From positions 1,426,001 to 1,490,000 of the forward strand of contig CM120647.1 in the NCBI GenBank assembly GCA_051362555.1: a stretch of 64,000 nucleotides of DNA, given 5' to 3'. The notes beneath the pieces were generated by a model, which was not told the origin of the DNA, searched no databases, and worked only from the letters and a program-made list of their open reading frames with translations. Made by a program: the position numbers and the translations under genes. Position 1 is the first letter of the stretch. Every line of letters starts with the position of its first letter. The DNA is from Lingula anatina. Lineage: Eukaryota > Animalia > Brachiopoda. Positions 52,074-63,401 of this stretch are shown here, in pieces.

Positions 52074-52988
52074 TTAGAGTTAGCCAATGAAAACGCGGCA
52101 AGTTATTGACTGCAAGATGCATGGTAGATTCTCACACTGTATTTCAATGGGCTGGATTAAACGTGATTCAAACTCGAAAAAGACCACAGGTAATTACAAA
52201 AACATTTTATTTAAACAGTTTTGACATAGATGAACAAGAAAATGTAAAACAAAAACTGTAAAAAACTGTTTGAAAAGTGAAAGTTACAGGGCGAGGGGTA
52301 TACTACAAGAGTAACCACAAATTAACTCCCAACTCGAAAAAAATACCTCTGTCCCAAAGCGCCTAGGTTTTGCGGTGCCTACGGTGCTATATGTGTAGGC
52401 CTTTCCAGCAAAGACTCTCGCTTGTCCGAGAAAAAAACTTTTTCTTGAATAACATATTTATAAATACGACGATATGGCTCGTTTTGCTGTAATTATAAGG
52501 TAACTTTTCTGACTTAATTGTAAATAAATTAGTTCTTATCATCACCAGTAGATGACTATAAACAGAGCATTCCTTATTACCGTCAGTGACTTCACATAAA
52601 ATAAACATGCCGTGATATAAACAATTCCATATTAAAAACAACAACTACTAGCACCCATTTTGTTACTGTTAGTGCAACTGACGCCAGAATATGTGGAATG
52701 GGGGGGGGGGGGGTCGCAACTGACTTATACTATCAGGCTCCATCTTAGGCAAAGATAAATGATACCCCTGTCTTTTTAAAACACAAATATTTTAACTGTA
52801 ACATTTAAGGCGATGCCAATTCCATGTTGTTTAGCATTGTTTCCATAAAAATACACTATCCTATACTTGATCATGAGAAGTTCAATGGCATTTGAAAAAA
52901 AAAACTGCGCTTGTTTTACATTGTACATCGTAATTGAGAATTTAGATGGCCTTTGGGATTTGTTAGTTGATAAAATGTATCACTTTCT

Positions 52989-54014
52989 CAGACTTTACGA
53001 AAGGCCAAAAAATCTGTCAGACATTCGGTCTGACAAGCTTGAAAATTCTGTCAGACCGAAACAAAATCTGTCAGACCAAAGTAAAATAATAGAAATGTGA
53101 ACCATTATTCATGTTTTCATGTGTATTTTCTAACGTTTTAAATCACTGACATTAATTCAAATATTAATTTTTTGATATATATTTATTTGTAAAAAAGTAA
53201 AATAAGAAAGAAAAACAAAAAAAAAAATAGACAAAAAATTACTTGCATAACAAGTTGTTTTTTTTTTTTTTTATTTAATGAAAAAGACGCTGTGGAATGA
53301 CACAAGGACTAAAAACAATATAAGTATGAAGAATGTGTAGCTAGTAATATCAAATGTATGTGCATAAAAACGTCTGTTATTGTTAATCAGATAATGATTT
53401 CACACCTTGTTTTTGGCAAAAACATATGCATATTGAAACAGCACAATAAGGCAGTCTCTTTCATCCAATTGAAGCTTTTTTCCTCTCCTACAGATCACAA
53501 GTCCGCAAGGGCCTACCTTCTTTCCAATTTTAGTAAACTTCCGTTTCTCTTCCTCACTTCGTTTTTATTTTTTGCCACGCTTTGCATCAACGAAGTGTTT
53601 AAAGTTCAACAACGTCATTTTCTAAACAAAAGGCTTATCCATGAGTACTGTGTATGACTGATAATGAAGAAACAGAGGATCAAGTCTGTAAAACGCAAAT
53701 AGCACGAGCACATGTGTTGCAGCCATTTTGTCGTGTAGGGGTATTACGAAAACGAAAACGAGACTGTACATTACATCATCCAGGAATCCCCCAACCTCAG
53801 CCAGTCACAAAATAGCATTTGTAAGTGAAACTGAGGTTAATAAATTATGTATAATTAGCTGGGAACTCCCCGAGATTTTCACCCCGTCTCTCTTTTCGAA
53901 TGTAGTAAAATATATCGTCCAGAAAAGAAACAACAACGTATTCCTTATATTTACACATTCCCAGTCAGTTTGAAAACTCGCCGGACATACGGTCCGACGA
54001 TATAGGATTTTTTA
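52989..54014. mobile_element. Non-autonomous CAG-terminated DNA transposon (hAT- or P-like)
   Basis: 17-bp TIR CAGACTTTACGAAAGGC/GCCTTTCGTAAAGTCTG with TGTCAGAC/GTCCGAC subterminal repeats; no perfect TSD. Confidence 0.75.
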
Positions 54015-54706
54015 TCGGACCGAGACGAAATTTGCCAGGCATGTCCGACGGTCCGACGCCTTTCGTAAAGTCTGACTGTATTACAGACGTGAATTAAATG
54101 TCAACATGTTGACTAAATATGATTATACAATGTGGAACTGGTGCAGGATTTTGCAGAATTGAACAAGGTGTTATGGAAAAACAACATTCTGAAAAAAAAA
54201 AGCTAAGAACATGTATATTTTTCAAAAACACCTTCAATTGAGACTCATTTGTTAGGTTGTCCATGGATAAGACATTAAGATCAGTACTGTGCCAATTTAG
54301 ATGCGGAATACTGCCGTTGCGACTAGAGACTGGCCGCTACGTGGCCATGGGGGAAGAGGCTTCTCTCCGCCTTTGCAAATTGCGTGATAACTTTAAGAGC
54401 ATGCTTGAGGATGAGATTCATTTTGTGTTTGTATGTCCCCTATGACGACATACGATGCAAGTTTCTGGGGGACTTGGACTGTAATCATGTTGACAGGGAA
54501 GAGTTATTTCAAATGCTAACAGACTTAGTTGTCAATAAACCTAAAGGCATGGCATGTAATTTAAAGAACATTTTTAGTTAACGGCGGTCAGTTCTATTCA
54601 GAGCTCAGGAGTCTAACGTACCATAAATTATAGTGTTTGCGTAGTCATAACTTTTAACCTTAATCATAGTTGTTTCTTTATTTTATATATTAATTTATTT
54701 ATTAAT

Positions 54707-54753
<47 letters not shown>

Positions 54754-55042
54754 TTTATTTCATTTTTTTTTTTTTTTTTTGCATTGTTTCTGAGATATGT
54801 ACAAGGTCGGTGACTTGTAGGCCCATGAGGCCGGGTGATTTGTATATCTGTATCACATGTCACGTTAATAAATAAATACCATACTATATACAGCAAGAAT
54901 TAAGGTAGAAAGCTTTTAAACTAAAACGAAAATCAATTTGTATTATTCTATTATAGCTTTACCGCATAGCTAAAATACTAACATCAGCTAAGTGAAGAAC
55001 TAATGGCAGCTTAGATGGAATCAGCTGGTTTGCTCTTTTTAA

Positions 55043-55875
55043 TGTTGCAACAGAAACTATATGGGAAGTATTCCCAGAAGTCGTTCATTTATTCGAACTC
55101 GCGGTGAAGGCGAAATAAAACGTCATCGATTTAATTCGTTTGAACGGACGGAAACAAGAGAAGACAGACAGCAACTGGCGTTTCAATATAATTTTATTAT
55201 TATATTTAACTAGAATTAAGAACAAACGGTATTAAAATCAATTCGGCCGCTCTTTACCTATACTAGGACTAAACGTACGACCTATGCTAATAATAAAAAC
55301 ATTAAAAATTAAAAACAAAAGATTTGTATAATTTATGGGACTCTATTCGCGATCTATGATCAGAGTACTACTGATAAACATTAACGAGAGCGAGAAGATA
55401 GGCAACAGCCATGGGGCAATAAAATGTTTTCCATCGGGTGGAGCTTAAACTGAGGCTCGCTGTCTATTGGTTGATTGGTATAATCGGGTGGAGCTTAGAC
55501 TGAGGCCCGTTGTCTATTGGTTGATTGGTATAATCGGGTGGAGCTTAGACTGAGGCCCGTTGTCTATTGGTTGATTGGTATAATCGGGTGGAGCTTAGAC
55601 TGAGTCTCGCTGTCTATTGGTTGATTGGTATAATCGGGTGGAGCTTAGACTGAGGCTCGCTGTCTATTGGTTGATTGGTATAATCGGGTGGAGCTTAGAC
55701 TGAGGCCCGTTGTCTATTGGTTGATTGGTATAATCGGGTGGAGCTTAGACTGAGGCTCGTTGTCTATTGGTTGATTGGTATAATCGGGTGGAGCTAAGAC
55801 TGAGGCCCGTTTTCTATTGGTTGATTGGGCAATCTAGGGTTAAAGGTGTGGACTATAGTTAGTTAAAAGCTGACA
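55043..55875 (-). mobile_element. Candidate solo LTR containing the 50-bp array (copy at ~45212-45940)
   Basis: TGTTGCA...GCTGACA ends; minus-strand order of repeats, AT-rich TATA-like zone, AATAAA; TSD not clear. Confidence 0.35.
55433..55830. repeat. 50-bp minisatellite, eight units
   Basis: Same unit as 45550-45895. Confidence 0.95.
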
Positions 55876-56431
55876 GATGCGGGCTAGCCACTCCTGGGAT
55901 TTCGGCATTTCTGAAACTTTTCTAGCTCGTTTGAAGGAATCGTTCTCTGACCGAAAACTGCTTTTCGTTAGAGTAAAATATCTGTCCAAATTGCTCTTTG
56001 AAGTAAGATATTTTCAGGGAATTCAGTTATATGTGATGCAATTTTATGCGGAGAAATTATATGCAAAAACGTCAAATGCTTCATCGTGTTTCTGATAAGA
56101 CCTATATCTTATACCATACAAAATAACTATACAACAGCAGAAGTTCAGTGTTTATAATATAAACAAAGGCGCTGGATGGATCCCAAAAAGATTAAATATA
56201 TTAGCTAAAAATTGCCTAACATTTATACAGTTTGTGAAACAAAAGCAACGGACTGTTACTTTGACTGTAAACGTTTACTATGACGAAAATACTTGCTTTT
56301 TTATTTTACTTTTTAATTCAAGTTACGGTGGGAGTACTAGTTACTTAATTAGCGTTACTATGTAGGCCTACTTTACAGAATTAACCGTCCAAACATTTAC
56401 GTGGCGAAGAACAGTGTAATACAACGTAGTG

Positions 56432-57541
56432 TTACATCCGGGTAGGTAGTAGTTGTGGACGCTGTGCTGTGATTAGTGGACGCAAATTGTGGCCTTCAAT
56501 CTCAACACCCCTAGCTGGGGTTTCAGTGTTCAGACGACAACAAAAACACTCTTTGAAAAGTTTCACCAACTCGTCCCGAAATACCTGACCCGACGCAACA
56601 AAAAGAAAAAAATTAGTATTGTGATTCAGACAACTTATAAGGTACGTTGGTGACGCTGTGTACATGTAGGTGATGTAATCTTCGGTAGTGCCTTCCTTGT
56701 TAATCAAAATATCGTAGTAGAAACAACAGATGAGAAAAGGCCAGTTGAGCAAGATGGACGCTGCCACTGTAGTTAACAGTAGAATATTTAATTTGGTGTT
56801 TGTTAATCCACTGCTATCACCGTGCTGCTGATGACCAGCCAGTTGTTGTCTTACGGAATGGCTCTTCCTAAGTTTATACACAATGGCGACCGTCATCGCT
56901 GTAATGGCTATTGTCATTACGAACCACATCACAATAGATGCATAGTTGAAAACGACTAAAACATCAAGTGATGGTACTGTAATGTCATAAAAAACCACGA
57001 TATATGGAGAACAAAATAATACAGCTAGAGGAATAACAACAACAGAAATCAGCAAAGCCTTTTTTCTCGTGCACAGAGAAGCCGCTTGCAGGGGTTTAAA
57101 AATTATTACAAGTCTCTCTACGGTTAACACTAATGTGTAGAATATGGAAAGCCATTGGAATATCATTTCTAAAGTCCAAAATACTAACATTTCGTTGACC
57201 ATTTGACCTGTTCGTTCATCAAACGAGATGCATTTAAACGACAGAAACGACAGACGTAACTGATCCGCACCGGCAAGGAACAGGATATAAACAAAGGTGG
57301 ATTTCTGCCTAAGACTCGGACGTCGGAGAATCACCAGGAAGGTGAGGAAGTTACCAACCAGGCCGATGGCTGTCAGGGCGTGCACAGTGGTACACCAACA
57401 TGTCTCATACATGAAGCACCATTGCTCGGAGGACAGCATGGAACCGTAAATGCCGCCCAAATTGTACCAGCTAATATTTCCTTGGGAGGCGCTGGTGCTA
57501 TTAAAAAGTCCAACATCGTTTTGATAGTCTACCTCATGCAT
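56432..57541 (-). CDS. Class A GPCR copy 4, 369 aa
   Basis: Intact 7TM ORF with GN, LAGAD, LTVERL, NHNTNFFLF and FRDEL motifs. Confidence 0.93.
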   Translation of the reverse strand: MHEVDYQNDVGLFNSTSASQGNISWYNLGGIYGSMLSSEQWCFMYETCWCTTVHALTAIGLVGNFLTFLVILRRPSLRQKSTFVYILFLAGADQLRLSFLSFKCISFDERTGQMVNEMLVFWTLEMIFQWLSIFYTLVLTVERLVIIFKPLQAASLCTRKKALLISVVVIPLAVLFCSPYIVVFYDITVPSLDVLVVFNYASIVMWFVMTIAITAMTVAIVYKLRKSHSVRQQLAGHQQHGDSSGLTNTKLNILLLTTVAASILLNWPFLICCFYYDILINKEGTTEDYITYMYTASPTYLISCLNHNTNFFLFVASGQVFRDELVKLFKECFCCRLNTETPARGVEIEGHNLRPLITAQRPQLLPTRM

Positions 57542-57748
57542 TGTTAGTATGTCGCCTATTAGTTTATTTTATTACCGTTGGTAGTCAGCAATACAGTACT
57601 AGCTGTTCAGGAAAAGATGACAAACTTAACGCATCTCACTACCGGTATAGTACGAATTCATCAATCGTCAGTGTTGGTAAAATGCACCTTAAATTGCCTT
57701 TAGGTTAATCATCTTCCCCGTTGTTGTCAACTAAAGTAATGTACCCTC

Positions 57749-57836
57749 TGCTCGGAGGACAGCATGGAACCGTTAACGTCGTCCAAATCGTACCTGCTAA
57801 AAGTCCAACATCGTTTTGATAGTCTACCTCATGCAT
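57749..57836 (-). pseudogene. 5' stub of a fifth GPCR copy
   Basis: ATG CAT GAG GTA GAC TAT CAA AAC GAT (MHEVDYQND), a ~31-bp deletion, then truncation; its upstream flank matches that of copy 3. Confidence 0.85.
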
Positions 57837-58804
57837 TGTTAGTATGTCGTCTTCGAGTTTATTCTTTTTCCCGTTGGTAGTCACTAATACAATTCCAGCT
57901 GTTCAGGAAAAGATGACAAACTAAACGCAGCTAACTAGTTCATGTAATTCACTAATGCTCAGTGTTGGTAAATCTCCCCTTAAATTGCCCTATTATGAAT
58001 TGACTTCCCCTTGGTAGTCAACTATAGTAATGTACTTTATACTGTCACTGAGTGGATTTGTCCGTTGAATAAGTAAATATACCCTACCCCAGTGAGCCTC
58101 GTTTCAGGTACTGCCTCATAAACCTCATAATATAATGAATCCACCGGTCAGAGGTTGTATAACTTATACAGTTACGGTGACTGGTTTATGAGACATTTAA
58201 TTAAAATTCGGGATTTTTTTTACTATCCTTTCTATATCTGTACGTATTGTTATAGTGATGAATAACGACGGACTGGAGCTTTCGAACGTTTATTCACCGA
58301 CTCTCTTTTCATACAGCTTTAGAAATATTTAAACTCTATTTTTCCCAAAACTCAGTTATCATGTGATAAACAGCTGATCGAAATTAAAATACATTATGAA
58401 ATTAACCAATCACATAAACTGTTACTGACTTTGACCTTTTCCATCTTTTTCTGACACCCAAAGCATGTTCTACACTTGTAGACTTTTGATGAAACTAAAC
58501 TTACAGTCAGTAACTCCCTATCTTTTACTAGTTTGATTCCGTTTTAATCGTTATCTGCAATTAGTGAAAGTGTAAGTCATTTGCTTCACAACAATAGAAA
58601 TGATTTCAATAACCAAGCAGACTGGATGACGATCTGCACTAGTACTGTAATTGTGCGTAAAACATTTTTATAAATGACAACAAGAAACATCAAATTTTCA
58701 AAATGTTATATTTTTGCAATAGTAAAACTGATGGAAGCTAAGTAATTCAATCAAAACTTCACTTACCACGCACAAAAGATCTTTCCAAATTGCATTTATA
58801 TATA

Positions 58805-58818
58805 TAACATTTAATATG

Positions 58819-58889
<71 letters not shown>

Positions 58890-60368
58890 GCAGTGTTTTA
58901 ATTGTGTTCCTTTGGGCTGGTCAAAGCTTGGTTTTGATGAAGCATGGTTCTGTCAAAAAAAAGTGTCTATATGTCGGCAACTACTGCATCGAAGAATGTG
59001 AAATTTTGCATGCAAGTGGTCGGTCTTACAGTATATAAAATGAGTTAAGCAGTGTTTTATGAAATTGTTAAGCTGTGCCAGAATGGCTCGAAAAAGACAG
59101 ACATTGCCAGACAGATTATTGTGTCAAACGGAATGGTCTGCACAGTTTTATAGAGCTATGCCCAGACTGATGCACCTACACAGAGACCACGGCAAGTGTA
59201 TCAACCTGAATCACTGTCCAAAACCACCCAGTCCGCTTTGAATGAGGGGCAAATTATAACCAAAACGCGTTTTTCGAGGCTCTTATCAAAGACCAAAATG
59301 GATTCGGCAGGTTAGGATATCAGGCTACCTCTGAGAAAGCCACTGTAAACAGCAAAACAGCAAAGTCTGTTTCTCTAATGAATTGAGGACCATGACCGTT
59401 TCTGGGTAAAACACTGAAACCGCGTGGCTTTCTTTATTTAGGCCAGATTTCACCCGCACCGCCAAACTTGTCAAAACAGAGTTTACAGACATCCTGAAGA
59501 CGCCTCCGACAAGGTGCGTGCCACTTCTTAAGTGACTAGGGTCATTGACAGCGTCACTATTTGGAGTGGATACAACATTGGTGCCAAAACACTAATGGAA
59601 GTCATCGATGAAAACCTTAACCAGTTCAAATAAAGGAATGCTGTTGGAACCACTTGACCATCATTTGATAGGGGGCACGTTAGGAACAATTTTAGGTTGC
59701 ACAATGAGATTTCCGGTTTACCGAAGAGCTTTTCATAACAGTGACTTACAGAACCAAGGGAATAAGCAGCTACCTTGGTCATCAAAAATCGCCATATTTG
59801 AACCACATAGACAATATATGGGTAGGCCATTACTAACCGAGTCAACAGACTGCATGGCCTAAAACAAAACAGAACCAAATCGGACAAGTTTTAACCGTTA
59901 CCTGGAATTTTATTCCAGATTAAACTCTAAAAACCTATCCTAAGCAATGCCTTGCCGCTTGAAAGCTCTGATAGCAGCAAGATGAGGTTCGGCGTAACAG
60001 CGACTAATGCTGTGACTAGACACTGACACGAGGGGCCTTTGTGGGGCGTGTAACTCTTTTAAAGACGTTACTTTGGAAAATATGGAGATCCAAAATATCG
60101 CTTTCAATGGCTGTCGTATGGCTTGAAATAGGACATATATCTTTGTTTGCCTCACTGGCGAATTCAATTAATAAACTGATGTCACATTGACATCCGGTTT
60201 TTATAATTGGCAAAATAAACTCTTATCTCTTATCTTATCTTATCGAACAGATTATCAAAAGTTTTAATAATACAATTTTAATCCTTATTTGTATTTACCA
60301 GTCAGCAAAGTAGAAAAAAAAGATGAATTATGATTTGGAGAAAATATTCCATATTAATGTCAAGCCTG
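58805..60368 (+). mobile_element. Degraded Tc1-like element A
   Basis: TIR core TTAATATGGAATAT/ATATTCCATATTAA, (TA)n flanks, decayed SVTIWSGY...VIDENLN motif. Confidence 0.6.
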
Positions 60369-60380
60369 TATATATATATA

Positions 60381-61747
60381 TACCACTTAATATGGAATAT
60401 TAATTTTTGGCGAGTAAATTTTCTACAAAATATTTAATTTCTCTCTAACTACTTGAAATCCAAAACTCTCGAAACAATTGATGCATGCAGTTGCATGTTC
60501 TGTGGTCAGAAATGTGAGGGGTGGTCTTTTCGACAATTTCTGCCCTTGTATAAAAACGCATGGGTTTGGTAAATCTTTCAAGTGTGTTTAGAGAAGCAAC
60601 AAAGGGATCGCTCTGAAACTTGACAGGTACTTCATTAAAGATATGTTTCGACAGCTAAGCAACACAGCTTACTATGGGACTCTTGCTCTCAGAGAAAATG
60701 TCCAGAAACGGACAGCCATTGCCAGGTAATTCAACATTTATCAGGAACCGTTTGTACAGTCCTCCAAAGAAATGATGCAACAGGGCACCTACTCCAATAC
60801 CTCGACCAGGGTGTCCGCGTATCACAAGACAGGATCGCCTTCTCCTTAGAGGACGCCGTGCTGGCCGTACAAAGACAACCAGTGTCCTCAGAAAAGAGAG
60901 GCAGAATGTCATTCAAACGCCCGTTTCAAGGTCAATCGTGAACAAGAGATTACTGCAAGCCGGTTATTTTGCACGAAGGCCAGTAGGGAAACCACTGTTA
61001 ACAGCATGTCATATACAGCGACATCTGCAATGGGCTGGGGACCACGTGCGTTTGCAGCCAAAACCTGGAATCACGTCAATTTCAGTGATGAAGCCAGATA
61101 TGGATTTTTAGAGTTGATGGTCGAATCCTTGTCCACCGACGTGTACGAGGGGCATAAAACGATGATTGGGTACTGCCAAGGGTGCTCGCAGGGGGTTGTA
61201 ACGTCTCTGTTTGGGGAGCATTCTATGTCGGTGCCCAGATCCGGTTGGTTTTTTCTAAGAGGCAACCTCAGCCAGGATTCCTACAGAGACATTCTTCAGC
61301 AAACGATGTTTTGATTGGTAAGAGTCATCTTCAGGAACAACTTTGTGTACCAAGACGACCGCGCAACCCACATCGAGGCCGCAGAATCACTGTTTCTTCA
61401 AAACCTGCTGGAGGTCATACTCACAATTACTGACTTTTCATGATTTACTGTAGTGAGTTCTTTGACTGTGTAACATATCACTGTCCGGAGGCTATCATTT
61501 TCTTTAATATCTTAGCTTAAAGTTAATACTGACATCAAACTGTTGAAAAGGTTTTCTGGGGGTGTTCCTTACTTTTGAATGGCATCTCATGTCAATTTTG
61601 ATATCATTGACCAAAATATCTCACAACAGAAGACTGCATGTTTTTATTACTCAGTGGCATACTTTTTTAATGACTCAAGCCAAAAAAAAAATAATCAGTA
61701 CTCAAAAATAGCAATGATAAAAAATATTCCATATTAAGTAGCAACCA
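60381..61747 (+). mobile_element. Degraded Tc1-like element B
   Basis: Same TIR core; RPGCPRIT, RLLQAGYFARRP..KPLL, WNHVNFSDEARY, VSVWGAF and YQDD motifs with frameshifts. Confidence 0.8.
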
Positions 61748-62529
61748 TATATAGAACCATTTAAGGCAAAGGGCAACCACATTTTATCCTACGTCACACT
61801 TGCTATTCACTGATCAGCTCTCAGTCTGATTGTAAAGTATTCAGGTGCTCAGGCATAGCAAGCAGATTTCAATGGCAAAATGAATGAACCGAATACACGG
61901 GATTTTGATAGCGAAGACAGGACGCGATCTTTAACTTACCGATCAAGTCAATGTGCAATCATGACAAGTTCGTCAATTCACTAAGATGGGAATGTGTGAC
62001 ACACACAATATCGACATCAAGTGTTTTTATTTCACGTTTATATTATAATGTATGAATAGGAAAAGATATGTAGAAAGATATGTATACATAGAAAGTATGG
62101 TTTTGGGACATTTGCAAACGCGGATGTGAAACATCTAAATGACCAATCGATCCATCTCATCGAACCCCGTAGCGCTCCGCCCCGTCCTGCCCCCCCCCCC
62201 CTGCATCATCCATCCCCGCCCCGCATGGTCCAACCACGCCCCGTCCCCGCTCTCCCCGCCTAGCTCCACTCTAAGATCAACTATTTCTTCCCCTTGTATA
62301 ATGACCTAATAGCCACACTATTGTTTAATCAAGGAGTTCTGTTGAAACTCCTTGTTTTAATGGAGATGTGATGTGACATTTTCTTTCACCACCAAAATAT
62401 CATATATTTCTATGAGTTGTTCACAATATTTTTATTGTGAAATATAGATCTCATACGAAGAGTTATCCCTTTAACATTCATTTGACCGGGTAATTATGCC
62501 ATCAGTGGGAATCTCTAATCTTTATGCTA

Positions 62530-63401
62530 AGCCCCCGGGCCGAATCGGTATGGGGGAGCAATCTTTATTCAGAAGAGGAAGGTTTATATATCTCTGTTCT
62601 TCTTCTCCGTTCACGTTTATCTGGATTTCGGCTCTGCTCAAGCTGCTCCGGATTTCTTCTCTTTTCATGCTGATCGGGATTTTTTCTATGTTCAAGCTGA
62701 TCGGGATCTCCTCTCTGATCAATCTGATTGGAATCTCTTCTCTGGTCACGTTGATCAGGATCTCTTCTCCACTCAGGATGATCAGGATTTCTTATCTGCT
62801 CATGATCTTCATTCATATCCCTAAGCAATCTCTCAAACGGAGTAGACAGCATCCTAGTCCATTGGCTGGTATCTGCTGATTCCTTTCTTTCAGACATTTT
62901 ATCCTCTTCGAGCTTGGAATAAATAGGATCCTTATTTCTTGGTAAGGTTCTTATCTTCCTTTCTCCAAACGGATCCCACCGCTGCCACCAAATTGTAACG
63001 TGCCGTAGGTCCGCACAATTAAATTCCAAACTCACAGAAGACCAAACAATGCATATAAATCAGCAACAGGTTTTATTTACAACAATGAAAAAATAAAGAT
63101 AAACACTTCATACGACGTAGACGTCTTTCTTTAACAGAGTCACAAAATTAGCAGTTTATAACCCTGCCTTCCACAGCGTGAAATCTGTTCTCTCTGTTCT
63201 CTCGTGAAGTCTCTATTGTCAAGTGATAGTATAACGATTTATTAGCTGAATGTCTTTTCCTTGGTATGGTATCAGTCACTTGAATAGGTGTTAATGAAAG
63301 ACACGTATAAATATATATGCAAGTCTTTATAAAGCAAAGTTTTTAGTTTGTCATAAAGAGGATAAATCATTTATAATTTAGATAAAATTAAATCTGTCAC
63401 A
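62530..63401 (-). mobile_element. 5' end of an LTR retrotransposon (probably Ty3/Gypsy): LTR, PBS and truncated gag-like ORF
   Basis: LTR 63401-62994 TGTGACA...GTTACA with TATAAA (~63156) and AATAAA (~63072); PBS follows; ORF with 9-aa repeats. Confidence 0.8.
62973..62990 (-). other. Primer-binding site complementary to the tRNA-Leu 3' end
   Basis: TGGTGGCAGCGGTGGGAT, 3 nt after the LTR CA; complement of ATCCCACCGCTGCCA-CCA of Leu(AAG/TAG) tRNAs. Confidence 0.85.

Larger units (their letters stand above)
44117..54014. repeat. Segmental duplication unit 3 (paralogous to 54017-64000)
   Basis: 44117-47573 aligns with 54017-57541, 47574-50175 with 57837-58797 (minus the Tc1 insert), 51352-51855 with 63495-64000. 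Confidence 0.88.

Noticed and set aside
62496-62879. Plus-strand LIGISS-repeat hydrophobic ORF
   Set aside because: Antisense shadow of the gag-like repeat; LTR and PBS fix the minus orientation
62973-62990. tRNA-Leu gene
   Set aside because: Only the 3' 18 nt including CCA are present, next to an LTR, so it is a primer-binding site
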